From NCBI GenBank assembly GCA_964016885.1, contig OZ024754.1:29946001-30010000 (forward strand): a stretch of DNA of 64,000 nucleotides. The letters are read 5' to 3'. The notes under the pieces are model-generated. The model ran no database searches and had not been told where the DNA came from. It worked only from the letters and a program-made list of their open reading frames with translations. How positions within the stretch are numbered: position 1 is the stretch's first letter; each line of letters begins with the position of its first letter. This DNA comes from Eledone cirrhosa (lineage: Eukaryota). The translations under genes and the position numbers were made by a program. This document shows positions 27,453-41,000 of this stretch, piece by piece.

Positions 27453-30400
27453 CTACAGGATGGTATACAGAGAAGGCCCATTTACACGAGCCATTCTCGC
27501 CACTATCACCCACCTTTCATAAAACTGCCTGTGGCCAAGCACCTCTCTCTCCATTCTTATCCTTCTTCCGAAGTGATATCGGAAGAAGTAGACCAGACTA
27601 TGGCCAGAGAGGAAGTTGCCTGACCTCAGACCTTTCAATCGTGTCCACAAAACAACCTCTTTCAACATGGCTATTACACACAGAAAAACCGCCTTTGCTT
27701 CCTTTGTGAAGAGGGGAGGCGGCTTGATTGTCACCACGGACTCGGCGGTCAATCGAATCGGCGCCACCCGCGACAGCAGTCGTTCGGCGTAGCCCCACAG
27801 ATCAGTCACGCCCGGACATTGCACCAATGCGTGCGCAACGGTTTCTTCGTAACGCACGCATCTAGGGCAAATCTTTTTCGAGGGATCCCTGCCCGGGCGC
27901 CCGTGTCTGTAGAGCCTCTCTCGAACGGGTAGAGCCCCCCGGTAGCACTTCCAGGCTAGTGACTTCTGGAAGTTGTCCATTGGTCCCGGGACGAAAGTCC
28001 TACCGAACAGGCTGGCCAGTTCGTCCTCTTCCATGTCCAGCGACTCTCCAAGGGTGTCATCGCCCCTGCTAGCCACCAGCCCTCTATAGAATGATGAGGT
28101 GGATTCTCCACCGATGGCCTGGCCCGCTTGCCAGAGAGCCTTGAGCGCCTGGGCACACTCAGTGTGCCAGTCTCCCAGTTTTCCGGATCTTTGCTTGACC
28201 CAGGACTGCAGCTCGGTGAGCGAGACGAGTCTCGGAAAGGCTCGTTTCACGAACGGAGCCCACACCGGTTGACCAGTGAGGAATACCTGTAGGTGCCGTA
28301 GCCTTAATGCGTGCCTACGCATCATCAACCACGGCATCCCCAGCCCTGCTTTCGAAGGTTGTTGGCAGCAGATGGATCTTCTCACCATAGGAGGGCGCTT
28401 CTTCCAAAGAAATTGGAAGAGCATGCGTTTCATGGTGGTGAGTGTTTCCTTAGAGCAAGGCACGACAGTCAGGCGGTAGTAAGTGACGGACGCTATGTAA
28501 ATGTTCGCCACCTCTGCCCGACCTTTTAGGGACAGCTTACACTTGGCCCATTTCTGGGTTAGTGCAAACACCTTGTCGTAACCTCGTCCCAGTTCTTTTC
28601 CACCTGGAGGTCAGGTCCAAACCAGACCCCAAGCAACTTCATTGGGCCCTCCGTCCAGTGTCCGACGACACCGTCGGGAGGCATCGGTCTGCCTCTCCAC
28701 GTTCCGAGTTGCAGCCCGAGGGATTTTTCCCGGTTCAGTTTCGCTCCTGACAACCTTTCGTAATCCTCCAGTAAGGTACCGATCGCCTCGATCTCCGAGT
28801 CGGTCGATACCATTACTGTTACGTCATCGACGTAGGCCGACACCGCTTTGCTCAATCCTGGTTCCAGGGGGATACCCTGCAACAACTCCAACTTCCTCAG
28901 TAAAGGCTCGAGAGTCAATACGTACAGAAGGGAGGAGAGAGGGCACCCCTGTCGAATGGATCGTGTGATTTCGAACGGCTTCGAAAGGTAGCCGTTCACC
29001 TTGATCCTAGAACAGATGTGGTTGCTATGTAAGGCAGTGATCCAGCCTCTGAAAACAGGACCGAACCCAGCCGCCGCTAGCACCGCATCCAGGTAACCAT
29101 GGTCGACCCTATCGAAGGCCTTAGACTGATCCAAGTTGATCAGGGCCCCACCGAAGCCGGGTTTGTTGCCAACCCTCTCTATGATGTATCGCATGAGGTG
29201 GAGGTTATCGTGAATGGACCTGGATGGGATAGCACATGTCTGCGCATCTCCCACCAGGCCACCCACGACAAGCGCCAACCTCTTTGCTAACACCTTGGCC
29301 AAAATCTTTAACTCTGTGTTTAGCAGGGTTATGGGCCGAAAATTATTTATACTATCCCCCTTGTTCTCGTCCTTCCTCACCAGCGAGACTATGCCCTTGG
29401 CTACAGAACAAGGAATTCTCCCGTTCTGCTGCCAATTGCAGTAGACCGCTTCGAGGAGTTCGGAGAAGAAGACCGGTATTGCTAAATAAAGTTCGTAAGG
29501 TATACCATCGAGACCTGAAGATTTGCGTCTGCCGCATTGGCTCAGTGCATCCCCGATCTCATCAGCCGAGATTGGTCCCTCGCAGGACTCTGCCTCTTCG
29601 CTCGAGAGACGCGGCAGGCCGTCGAGGTATGGACCGAAATCCACGTCCCCGCCCGAACCTTCGCCTCCCCCAAATAATCGGGCAAAGTGCCTTTGAAAGG
29701 CATCGCACATCTGCTTAGGCTCCCGGATCACCCGTCCATCCTCGTCTTGCAAAGACCGGATGGTGGATCGATTTCCACTCTTAGCTTCTGTCACGCGGGC
29801 CCAGCCAACGGCTTTGGCCCCCTCATTACCTAGAGCACGTATTTTACTACGAATGACGCAGCCTTCGTGCTTTGCATCGAAAAACTGGTTCAAGGCCAAC
29901 CTCGATGCCAGCACTCTGGCCACATCTTCGCTCTTGATTGCCTCTTCTAATTTACCTGTTAATTCTTTCTCGTTTCTATTCCTATCGGCAGCTAACATCT
30001 TGCTATAACTTATTGATTCTGTTCTAATCTCTCTTTTGAGAGATGCCCACCATCGGTTGTTGACGATTGCACCCGTCAACCTCTCCTTAACTAATCTGCT
30101 AATCCGGTTTCTGTAAGTCTCTTTTGCCGGTAAAGACAAATTAAGTTTCCAGTAACCCGGACCCTGTTTATGTGTTTTCTCGAGATTGACTACGCAGGTC
30201 ACTAATTTGTGATCTGTATAGCCAACCGTGAGCATTTCTGGACAGCTTAATATCCTTACTTCTAACTAAGAATCTATCTAAGTACGATCTAGATTGACCA
30301 CTGTGGTTCGTCCAAGTCCAGGTTGGCACAGTTGGAAAATCTAGTCGATATCTATCGACCAAGTTAAAACGGTCGAGTAACCCCTTGAGGCTGTTACACC

Positions 30401-30882
30401 CCCCCTCTATTAGGACATGCTCCTGCATAGTCCCAACGTGCATCTAGGATGTCATTCCAATCCCCCGCTAGAAGCAGGGAACGCGACGTTCCCAGAAAAG
30501 TCTCCAAACGCTGGAAGAAGTCGGGCCGTTCAGCTCCGAAAGGGGAGTAGACGGCGACCAGTCTCAAGGCCGCACCTTCACTACTGCCAACGTCTAGCAC
30601 CAACAAATGACCCTCCGGGTCCGAGTGAACAACCTGTACGGCGAGACCCAGGTGTTTTTCCAGCAGTACGACAACCCCACCCCCACCTCCAGGTTGACAG
30701 AGAGATGCATGCACCTCAAAGTCATCGAAGGTAGGGGCCACCTGCCGCACGACGCTGATCCGAGTCTCACAGATAACCATTACATTTATACCACGTGACC
30801 TGAGGTCATTTAGAAGCTTTGCTTGCTTCCAAGTTGAGCCCAGGCCACGTGCATTCAAACATCCTACTCTTAACACATCCAT
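27453..30882 (-). pseudogene. LINE ORF2 (APE + RT + C-terminal Cys/His domain) broken by three frameshifts
   Basis: Pieces 30394-30882, 30168-30443, 28559-30235, 27453-28571; LNARG, GDWN, YLDR, TDH, QGCPLS, YVDD, CPRC..H...C. Confidence 0.95.
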
Positions 30883-30915
30883 GTGGGCGGCAAAGCCTTA
30901 GGAGAATGTAGAGAC

Positions 30916-32237
30916 CTACCTTTCTGCTTCCCGGGGTTCGGGTCGCACGACTTCCATGGGGTCGGGGGTGTTGGGTGAAGGGGTGTCTTGTGGTGGTGTG
31001 GGGTTGTCAGTGTGTGGTGGGGTTGGGGTGTTTGGAGTTGTGTTGGGGAGGGGAAGGGGAGAGGAAAAGCTTTTTAGTAGGACGCGGTTTATGGGTTTGA
31101 CAGAGGGCGGTCCTACGTCCTCCTTAAAATCCTTTATTAGTTTTTGGTAGAGGTTCATTGGGATCTTTATTAATTTTAAATGTGGGTAGTTTTCTGAAGA
31201 AACAAAGTTTACACCTTCGGTTTGTACCGAAGGATTATTGTTTATGAGTTCATTTAATTTATTATTGTTTCTGTTGATGTAAGTATAGTGTAATGTCTTT
31301 TTTTCGGATGGTGTGAGTGTTTCGAAGAGGGGAGGGGCAGGTTTGGTTTTGTTTGTTGCTGGAGGGGTGTTTTGTGTTTTGTTGGATTGTGTTGACATTT
31401 GGGTGGGGGTTGTTTGGCCTTGTGTGTTTTGCACATGTTTTCTTTTTTTCCTTTTAATCTGTCTGAAGGACTCCGTTTCTTCCTCCGAATTCGTTGGGTT
31501 ATCTTCAGTGTTGGAGGGAAGAGGTATGTTTGATGGTAATGTTTCCGTGTTGGTTTTCTTTGTGGGGGAGATGGATGTCACTATGTTAGACTGTGTTGTG
31601 TGTTGTGGCTGCGGTGGTTGTGTTGTTTTATTGAGTGAGGGGTTGGGTGGGACTGTATTTTGTTTTTGGGTAATGTGTTGTGACTGTTTGTGTTGTGGTG
31701 GTGGTGTAGTTTTACTGAGGGACGGATTGGGTGGGACTGAGTTTTGTTGTTTGTTTATCTGTTGTGGTGGTGGTGGAGTTGGTGTTGGTAGAAGGGTTTT
31801 CTTTTTGTTGAGTTGGGGACAAGCCGCCTTCAGGTGCCCTCTGCCTGCACAGATATGACAGGACGGCCTTCTCCCCTCCACGCTAATGTTTATATACCCG
31901 TGGCCCTCTAATAGGATTCTGTCGGATATTTGGGCGATGCGTTCAGGCTTCATTTGCACTACAAGTTCTATACCTGTTCCACTAAACGCATTGCCTGTGG
32001 TTTTCCCAATGGAAATCACGTTGTCATTCGCTGGATCGATGAAGCAAGCTATGAGCCAGCAGTAGTCCACATCTGGCATCATTGCATCCAGCCATATGCG
32101 CTGAGTTCTTTTACCCATATAAGATGGATAAAAGGTAAAATTTGTCGAACGAATCGGTGACAAAGCACATTTTTTTGCCGCCGATTCGTTCTTCATAATA
32201 ATCGCTAGGCTTCCATACAGTCTGTCTTTTTTTATGA
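30916..32237 (-). pseudogene. LINE ORF1, N-truncated, with CCHC knuckle and P/T/Q-rich tail
   Basis: CHICAGRGHLKAAC; KRKKRK; homologous to 55998-57281. ORF-track N-terminus beyond 32237 is microsatellite. Confidence 0.9.
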
Positions 32238-32300
32238 TATATATATATAGTGTGTGTATATATTTATATATATATATGTATATATATGTATATATATGTA

Positions 32301-32369
<69 letters not shown>

Positions 32370-32620
32370 GGATTAACAAATAATAGTTAAATGCAGTCCA
32401 CTCAGGTGAAGTCCAGTTATGGTATTCCAGGTAGTGGATGATATTAACGCTTGGCTTGGTTTGACTCAACAAGGCGTTTTCATAGTGATGCTGCGAGTAT
32501 GCCGTAATTCCTATGTTGTAAACACTTGGAGTAATAATAAATCAGGAAAGAATGTTTACATGGTTTGCTATACAAAAAAGTTTTTAATCACATAGCTTAC
32601 ATTTGTATATAGCTTACATT

Positions 32621-32660
<40 letters not shown>

Positions 32661-33054
32661 AAGTGCAAGTCAACAGGTGAAAATTAACTTCGCTTATTCC
32701 AAGTCGTATTTGTATGTATGTGAGTATATATATATGTATATATATACGTGTCTGTGTGTGTATGTGTGTATGTGTGTGTACAATAGATACTTATATAATG
32801 TAGGTCTCATGAGTAATTCATCTGAGACATATATTTTATTTAAACAATGAGACTCTCTATAGGATTTGTGATATTCCAATGTAAAAATGTATGTTTGTCC
32901 ATACAACAACTGAAATAATGCTGTATTCGATGCTTTTGTAGTCATTTTGTGTTTTAAATTTTTTCCTTTATTTGTTGGTGGATACATTAAAGCTCATTCA
33001 TATAAATGAGGTGATGAATCTTCATGTCTGCAATGTTTAGCACACATTATGAAT

Positions 33055-33230
33055 TGGGAGTATCGGTAGAGGGTCGGACGCCATGCTTTCCAGCATAGTT
33101 ACGTCCCTTTACGATATGAGTTAAAATCCCGCCGACGTTGACTTTGCCTTTCATCCTTACGGGGTCGATAAAATAAAGTACCAGTAATGTACTGGGTAAT
33201 TGCTGGCCTTGTGCCTAAAGTAGAAACAAT
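33055..33230 (+). mobile_element. SINE family A
   Basis: Matches 4500-4680. Confidence 0.88.
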
Positions 33231-33246
33231 TATATATATGTATGTG

Positions 33247-33316
<70 letters not shown>

Positions 33317-33318
<2 letters not shown>

Positions 33319-33763
33319 TATGTACGTATACAAGTATATTCAAGTAACAGCCGTACTACGTATCAGTTTAGCGAACATTTATTATAATGTTCGTTTTGTT
33401 CGTTTGTAAACAAACGGACAGCCTGATTTATGCCGTACGGTGTTAAGGCAACCACGTCACCTTTTTGTTCAACACTGACACAGGAACGATGTACTAGTTT
33501 CAAGCTTGTAAGCTATCGTCAGCACCGTATGCCCTTCTGCCAGATGGTTGAACGTTCGCAAGTATATACTTTCCTTATGAAAATTAACGGCTGAGCAGCC
33601 TAATTTGCATATCGAGTGAGTTCAGTCGGCCAGGCGCACCGAAAACGATAAATTGGAATAGAATGAAACGAAATTTCATTTCTCACTCTTAGTACGGCAC
33701 TTACTTAAATGTAAGTATGTATGTATACGTACATACATATATGCATACAGACGTACAGTAGCA

Positions 33764-33768
<5 letters not shown>
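33317..33768 (-). mobile_element. Diverged monomer of the ~416-bp HHR repeat family; partial relative at 36195-36485
   Basis: Colinear with 3103-3500; short inverted piece at 33317-33358. Confidence 0.8.
33486..33528 (-). ncRNA. Minimal type I HHR, covarying with 3221-3263
   Basis: acggtg-CTGACGA-tagcttacaagctt-GAAAC-ta-GTA-catcgt. Confidence 0.85.
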
Positions 33769-33862
<94 letters not shown>

Positions 33863-33993
33863 GTGAGGTTTTTTTTACAAAATGAAAAATAACCGAGGTG
33901 TCCTACACGAGTGGAAGTATAAAGAAAAAGGGATGAAATCGAAAATGCAACTGAAGTCTTATTTTTTTTTTAAATATATATATTTATTTGGTT

Positions 33994-34031
33994 CCTTTAC
34001 CGGTTTCGCAGTTCTTCTGCTTTTCAAAAGG
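33994..34031 (-). ncRNA. Type I HHR, U3-A8 core variant
   Basis: cctt-TTGAAAA-gcag aagaa ctgc-GAAAC-cg-GTA-aagg. Confidence 0.8.
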
Positions 34032-35049
34032 TGAGTTGAGATGGAGGGTCTGTGGTTTTTCTCACATCTGGTTGGTCTCTAAATGTTACTTGTTTTATAT
34101 GGAAAAAGTGGCTCGAAAACCAGGTTTTTCGAGAAGTAATTTGATTGGTTTGTCAATAATTATAATAAATTTCGCGCCAGTTCGCGTTACAATAGTTCTT
34201 CAAATAAGAGAGGGGGGGTTGTCACAGGTTGTTTTTTTCATATATGAGTGTTTGAATTTCTTTTTACTTGAAAAAATGAGGCTCACGAAGGCTTTTTTTT
34301 GGTTGGTTATAAATGAAATTTGGCTGTCACGTGAACAAGTTTTCATTACATTTTTGCGCCCTTATTTGGAAAACTATTCTGTAGTCTTTATAGTGAATGT
34401 TATGACAATGGAGAGATAGTGGTCAAGGGAAAAGGGATTGGGAGAAATGTTCTGGTTCAGTGAATATGGCCAGCTGTCAGAGTTCAGGTGTCAGAGTTCA
34501 GATTTTCTATTGAGACTGAAGATATGTGTTTATTTGTGTGCTTGTGTGTGTGTATATGTGTGTGTGTGTGTGGGTGTGTGTGTATTGGAAGATGATTCTA
34601 TTAGTAGAGATGGGGGAGGGAGTTGTGTGTTATGTGTGTGTGTGCGAGTATGTTAGATAGAGAGAATATATATTTTGTGTGTGTGTATATATATATGTGT
34701 GTAGGAAAGTGGTTCTATTAGTAGAAATGGGGAGGGTGTTGTAGGTGTGGGGGTTGTTATGTGTGTGTATGGGTGTTATGTGTGTGGGAGTATGGTTAGC
34801 ATGTTAAGATGAAGAGAATATATATATATATATATATTGTGTGTGTGTGTATGTGTGTGTGTAGGAAAATGATTCCTTTAGTAGGAATATTTTTGAATGA
34901 ACATATTTTCCTGACTTTTTCGTGTTTGCTATTGTATTGCCAGTGCAAACGTATGTTTAAGGTTTATTTAGTTCGGGTTTTTATTTTCTAAAGTAGAAGG
35001 TGTTATGTGTGTGTGTGTATGTCATATTGTGGTGTTGACATAATCTATA

Positions 35050-35880
35050 TTAAACCTTATTTAATGTTGGTCTATATTTTTGAATAAACATATTTTCCTT
35101 ATTTATTCGCATTTGTTCTGTTGTATTGTTAGCGCAAAGGTAAAATGGGAAGACTTGGAATTTGGGTGTCTTATTACTTGCGCAAATGTCTAGATGTGCA
35201 CTTAGTGGTATCTGTCTCGTGGTTAGATCTCGTAATTGTTGGCGATGAACTGTCATTCTGTTTCTGAGTGTGAGTTTAGTTTGTCCTATATAATCTTCAT
35301 TGCATCCTTTACATTTAATGGCATAAATTAGATTTTTTGATGAGCAAGTGAAGTGATTTTTTACAGTAAAATTTTGTCCTGATTTAAATGTATACGTGTT
35401 CCCTTCAATGAGGTGAGTGCAGGTTCCACAATTAGAGTGACCACATTTTTTGATACTTGGTTGTGGGTTTGTGGTAGGTAATTTGGCATTGGTGAGTAAT
35501 GTTGTCAGTGATTTTGGTTGTCTTTTGCTTTTGATTATTTTGTGTGTTTCAAGGGCTTTTTTCATTCTTGGGTTTTGTTTTAGTAGTGGGATGTTATTGT
35601 GAATAGTGTTGTAAGCTTCCGCATTTCTTGGGTTGTGTGTTGAGATATATGATAGAATATTGGACGTACCTTGAATTTGTTTCTGTTTCCGTAATTCATC
35701 AATGCCTATTGCTTTAGCCCTTCTATTCCATTATTTATTAGTAATAGTGGGTACTCTCTCTCAAGTAGAATTTCCTTTAATTCTTGAAGTCTTTTATTTC
35801 GCGTTTCATAATTGGAGACAATTGTGCAAATTCTTCTTGCTAGGTTAAAAGGAATGTTCGTCTTCGTGTGCTTTGGATGG
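35050..35880 (-). pseudogene. PLE thumb/linker + GIY-YIG endonuclease
   Basis: CGHSNCGTC linker; TCSSKNLIYAIKCKGCNEDYIGQT..LRNRMTVH..H..E..I..LN. Confidence 0.9.
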
Positions 35881-36041
35881 TTGTAACGCGAACTGGCGCG
35901 AAATTTATTATAATTATTGACAAACCAATCAAATTACTTCTCGAAAAACCTGGTTTTCGAGCCACTTTTTCCATATAAAACAAGTAACATTTAGAGACCA
36001 ACCAGATGTGAGAAAAACCACAGACCCTCCATCTCAACTCA

Positions 36042-36079
36042 CCTTTTGAAAAGCAGAAGAACTGCGAAACCGGTAAAGG
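36042..36079 (+). ncRNA. Type I HHR, U3-A8 core variant (inverted copy)
   Basis: ccttTTGAAAAgcagaagaactgcGAAACcgGTAaagg. Confidence 0.8.
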
Positions 36080-36148
36080 AACCAAATAAATATATATATT
36101 TTTTTTAAAAATAAGACTTCAGTTGCATTTTCGATTTCATCCCTTTTT

Positions 36149-36195
<47 letters not shown>

Positions 36196-36481
36196 TACAT
36201 ACAGGCACACATATATATATGTACGTATCAGTTTAGCGAACATTTAATCAGGCTGTCCGTTTGTTTACAAACGAACAAAGCGAAATTATAATAAATGTTC
36301 GCTAAACTGATACGTACATATATATATATGTGTGCCTGTATGTATATATGTATATGTATATATATATGCATGCTACTGTACGTCTGTATACATATATGTA
36401 TGTACGTATACATACATACTTACATTTAAGTAAGTGCCGTATTAAGAGTGAGAAATGAAATTTCGTTTTCATTCTATTCCA

Positions 36482-36535
<54 letters not shown>

Positions 36536-36679
36536 ATAATAATAAATTTGAAGACTAAAATCCAAACAGGGTTCGATAAGGATAAATATATATCAAATAT
36601 ATAAGAACCGTAGAGCAAATATTTATTAAAATAACAGATTAAAGTTTTATGTACATATATATATATGTGTGTGTATGTA

Positions 36680-37198
36680 TAAATATTTGTTTTGCGAGGT
36701 TTTTGATATGAAATCGTGTGTCAAAACAAATATTGTTATACTTGGGGAGGGTCATATTGTTGTAATAATATTGCCAGAATTAATAACAGAACACACTCAC
36801 TGTTTGGTTGTTTTTTGCTTCTGTATCTTTTAAATCTCCATAGTTAATTCATTTGGTCCTCAATGTTTACCATTGACTAACCAACGGACAAAAATACAGA
36901 TATAATATAGACACAAACACATATATATAGCCGAACAAAGTTCTTTCGTTGCACATCTGCAACATCGTCAGTGGTGCTATTATGTTCCTCCTGTTGTATT
37001 GTATATTTATGCCATCTTTATTTACTCTGTTTATTTATTTATTTATTTTTTTTCTATTTCTCTGCGCATGCGTTTGCGTGTGTGTATAGTGTTTGGTGCG
37101 TGTTCGCGTTTGGGTGAATGTGTTTTGGTTATTGTATTCTATCTTAGTTTACTAGTGTGTGTTTATATGTGTTTGTTGTTATTGTGCTGTGTATATAT

Positions 37199-37233
<35 letters not shown>

Positions 37234-38393
37234 TATTTCTCTTAGGTCAGTAATGTTTGTTTGGGTTTTGTTGTTATTCCATTCATTTTTTCTGTTTAGC
37301 TTTGGCCTTCTAAGTTCTATTTCACTTGCCTCACTGATTTGCCTATCTGTTGGGTCATTTCTATGTTTAGATATTATTTTAATTTTTATGTTGTCTATGT
37401 TACCGTCATGTTGTTGTCTGGCGTGTTCGTATAGTACTGAACCGTTTTTACGTCTTTTCAGTTCCCCCCAGTGTTGGTCTATCCTTTCACCTATTCTACG
37501 AGCTGTCTCCCCTATGTATGTTGTTGTCATGTTTCTGCAAGTACCCTCTGTACATCTTAAGCTATAGACTACGTTTCTAGTTTTACAGTTTATCGGGGAT
37601 TTACTTTACATATAATACATTTCCTATTAGTACAGTGGGTTTCTTAAAAGGGTATGTTTTTCTGATCAGGGATATTATGGTAGTTCCTGGCTTTTCTACC
37701 ACCTTAATCTTTAAGTGGGTATTTCTCAGGGCCTTTCTACACTGGTTAGCTAATTTCCCTCCAGGGGTAGCGTCTACGAACATGACACTCTGGTATCTCT
37801 GGTTGTCGTACCATGAGGTGGCTTTCCCTATCTTATGTTTAGTCCTATCTAAGCTATTCCATGATTTGCTCCTGTATAATGGGCAAATTCCTTTCATGTT
37901 CAGTTCTATGAGGGTCTTATACTTCTCCGTGGCTCCTTCGTAAACTCTGATTCTGTCTCTTTGGTTGTAGCCAGAGAACTGCATGCGGTTGATGAAGTGT
38001 TGAATGTGTCTTTCCATTTCTGTTGGGTCGCACATGCGGGACGCGTTCTTTATCACTCGTAACAAGTCTGTGATCAGAATATTAAACTTAGCACTACTGG
38101 ACATTGCTTAGTTTTTGAGCATCAGGTATTTGGAGGCCATGGGTTTAGCGTAGTGTGAGTGGAGAATTTTGACCCTCTCGTCTATAGTGTTAATCCAGAG
38201 TTCCGTGTCTGATGCAGGTAGTCTACTGTTAGGATGTTTGGAAGGGTAGTCGATAGTTACAGTTATACTCTGGTGTATTCTATCTGCTGGATGCTTTCCA
38301 TTGTGCTACATTCTAAATCATACTTGTTAGTACTCTCTTGTGGGGGTGTCCTTATTACTATATTAATGTCGTCTACGTAACGTCTATGTATAA

Positions 38394-38395
<2 letters not shown>
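36680..38395 (-). mobile_element. 5'-truncated PLE of a third lineage: RT C-terminus + GIY-YIG (37231-38395, frameshifted) and tail
   Basis: RYVDDI; HYAKPMAS; SVMFVDATPGG; VVYSLRC..YIGETARRIGERIDQH..EH. Confidence 0.88.
36928..36979 (-). ncRNA. HHR-like motif of the preceding PLE; cleavage-site side imperfect
   Basis: CTGACGA-t gttgca gatg tgcaac-GAAA-gaac ttt gttc. Confidence 0.5.
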
Positions 38396-38464
<69 letters not shown>

Positions 38465-38465
<1 letters not shown>

Positions 38466-38638
38466 AGTAGAACACTGGAAGGTAATATCCGTATTGGTAG
38501 AGCACTCAGTCCATGGGACCAGTTTGGTACAAGTAGTAACACAACAGTTAGTTCACCATACCGAGAACAATTGTTTCACCTTGTATAAGGTGAAACAATT
38601 GTTCTCGGTATGGTGAATTAACTGTTGTGTTACTACTG
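38465..38638. mobile_element. pLTR fold-back hairpin turning in HHR stem II
   Basis: Arms 38532-38582 / 38587-38637; family of 38660-38805 and 43227-43430. Confidence 0.8.
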
Positions 38639-38659
38639 CAACATATATATACATATATA

Positions 38660-39870
38660 ATAGTAGAACACTGGTGGGTTATTTCCGTAGTAGTACGGTA
38701 GAGCACTCAGTTCGTGGGACGAGTTGGTAGAAGTAGTTCCACAACAGTTAATTCACCATTTCTGAGAACAGTTGTTTCACCTTAGTCGGATCATCAGCTC
38801 GGTTTAAATGAGAATGTACCGAAAAGGAAAACGAGTATTACGAATACGCACATGCAGACGAAGTCACTTCCCAAAGGGGAGGAACCCACCTTATATCGGT
38901 GCAGTGGGTTGGGTAGAGATGACTGTGGAAACTCAGAATAATAATAGATGATTATTAATGTTATTCTGTTCAGAAAATAATAGATTTTTCATGTTAGTCA
39001 GTCTGGAGCTGTGTAATTATGTAATAGGTGTTTCCAAACGTGCGGACAAAGCGGGAAAAATTCATTCCTTGAATGTAGACAAGTGCTAATCCGCAACCTA
39101 ATCAGGATATTCATTTTTTCTTCAATGCACAGCCCACAAGACGGATACACATTTCTATATGGCTTAGATTTAGTAATAACTTTCCATTCAATGGAGTAAT
39201 CCACGCCTGCGTCATTGAGGGACCATACGTGGCTCGCGAGCTTCATGGGCGATCGTTTTTCCGAGTATCTGAAAGTCGACTGATGATTCAGGAAGCGTTC
39301 TTTTAACCGGCCCTCCACCATGCCTACATAGGATTTGACCTCTTTTTGTTGAATTGGTCGGTTAGAAGTGACCACAGCTTCGTAAATTACGGTAGGTATG
39401 TTAACAGCTTCGTAAATTACAGCGGGTATGTTACATTGTTGTTGAAAGGGACAAGCCTCAGGCCTTCGACAAGAGCATCCTGGAGGGGTTCTTCTCTTAG
39501 TGTTGGTGATGTGGGACTTCATATTCTTAGCACAGAAATATCCTAGTTTCACCCTGTTTCCTTTAAAGATGGAGCGGTATTTATGACCTATGCGGAATTT
39601 TCTATATAAGAGAGCTAAAAATATTTTGTCTACATTAGTTTTAACGTCGCGTGAGAAGGAGGAGAACCAAATTATTTTTCTATTAGCACCATTTCTTTTT
39701 CCGTTGTTTTTGGCGTTAGTAGGGGAGTAAGCAATTGGTTGTGAAGACGCTGTTAGCTAACGCTACGTTGTAATAGGGTGCCGTTCTGTCAAAGATTCGT
39801 TTATTAGAAGAGAAGTTATATATTCTAGAGCCGATATTTTTCATCTCTAACCCCTCTTCTAATAAAACTA
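38660..39870 (-). mobile_element. 5'-truncated PLE (Naiad-like) with GIY-YIG ORF 38998-39552
   Basis: IIWFSPPSR; CSCRRPEACPFQQQC; VIYEAV (duplicated 30 bp); YVGMVE..KERF; CGLCIEEK. Confidence 0.88.
38762..38803 (-). ncRNA. Type I HHR
   Basis: ccgag-CTGATGA-tcc gactaa ggt-GAAAC-aact-GTT-ctcag. Confidence 0.75.
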
Positions 39871-39897
39871 TATATATGTGTGTATATATATATATAT

Positions 39898-39989
<92 letters not shown>

Positions 39990-40410
39990 GAATGTATATA
40001 TAGTGTATTTGGTAATACACTTTATGCTTAATTAAAATAATTTTGAAGACCTTTCGCTATTGTTTTAAAGTAGTGAATATGTCACTTACTTCTTTTTTCA
40101 ACAAACAAAGGGAGATAAGCTGACAGATCTCTGTTTCATACTGTTGATATTCCTCAGATCTTAGACCTCCCCTTGTTTGTTGAAAATTATGAATGTTGGA
40201 TTCTTATAGAATTCCAATAATAATCAGGAACTGATTATACAGAGCGGTTGCCGGTCCAGCAAAAATTGAAAATTAGAATTGGTGCTCTGAAATAGCGATG
40301 TATATATGAATTTGGTAATACACTGTATGCTTAATTAAAAGCATTTTGAAGACCTTAGGCTATTGTTTTAAAGAAGTGACTATGTCACTTACTTTTTTTT
40401 TCAACAATAT
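39990..40410 (-). mobile_element. Partial-tandem pLTR/HHR repeat (~310-bp period) with HHR at 40116-40163
   Basis: 40008-40103 repeated at 40310-40406; CTGAGGA..GAAAC agagatct GTC agctta; homolog of 49520-49865. Confidence 0.7.
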
Positions 40411-41000
40411 ATATATATGTATTATTAATTTTTCTTTTCTTTACTTTCTTCCTCTGTCACCTGACCTTATCAATGTTTCTTTTCGTCTATCGACGACATA
40501 TTGTTCAGGCATGGATATTCAGTGTCTTGCCATTATATTTTACCAAAATGTCATCTAATTATTTCTTCTCATCACCCATATTTTGTATCTCCTGTGCATG
40601 TGTACATGTGAGTTTCTTTTTATTTTCGGTTGTTCTGATTGTTTTTGTTTTGTTTTTGTTTTCTTATTTTTCTCTCTATGAGTCTGACCTTCCTTTTCTT
40701 AGACATTGTTCGATTTAATTATCTTTGCCATATAATTTCAAGAAAGTTTCCATTTTTGTATTTTGGTTTTTACAAAACCATCCCTGTCTCTGTTCTGTAT
40801 CCGTTTCCGTCTAATTCGTCGTCCGTCCTTTAAAATACTCCAGAGTGTTTTACTATGTTTTTAGACATACATCAAAATATGTATGTGTGTATGTATAAAT
40901 GTATGTATGTGTGTATGTATAAATGTATGTATGTGTGTATGTATAAATGTATGTATGTGTGTATGTATAAAGGTATGTATGAATGTATGTATGTATGGAT

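Larger units (their letters stand above)
27237..32237 (-). mobile_element. Tx1/L1-clade LINE copy 1; 5'-truncated in ORF1, frameshifted ORF2, (TA)n flanks
   Basis: Colinear with 52181-57890. Confidence 0.95.
33920..36155 (-). mobile_element. 5'-truncated PLE (Neptune-like) with ~270-bp inverted pLTR copy
   Basis: 33920-34191 vs 35881-36152 inverted; GIY-YIG ORF inside; (TA)n flanks. Confidence 0.9.

Noticed and set aside
32238-32472. N-terminus of the 518-aa ORF1
   Set aside because: Runs through microsatellite and unrelated sequence; homology with copy 2 stops at ~32237
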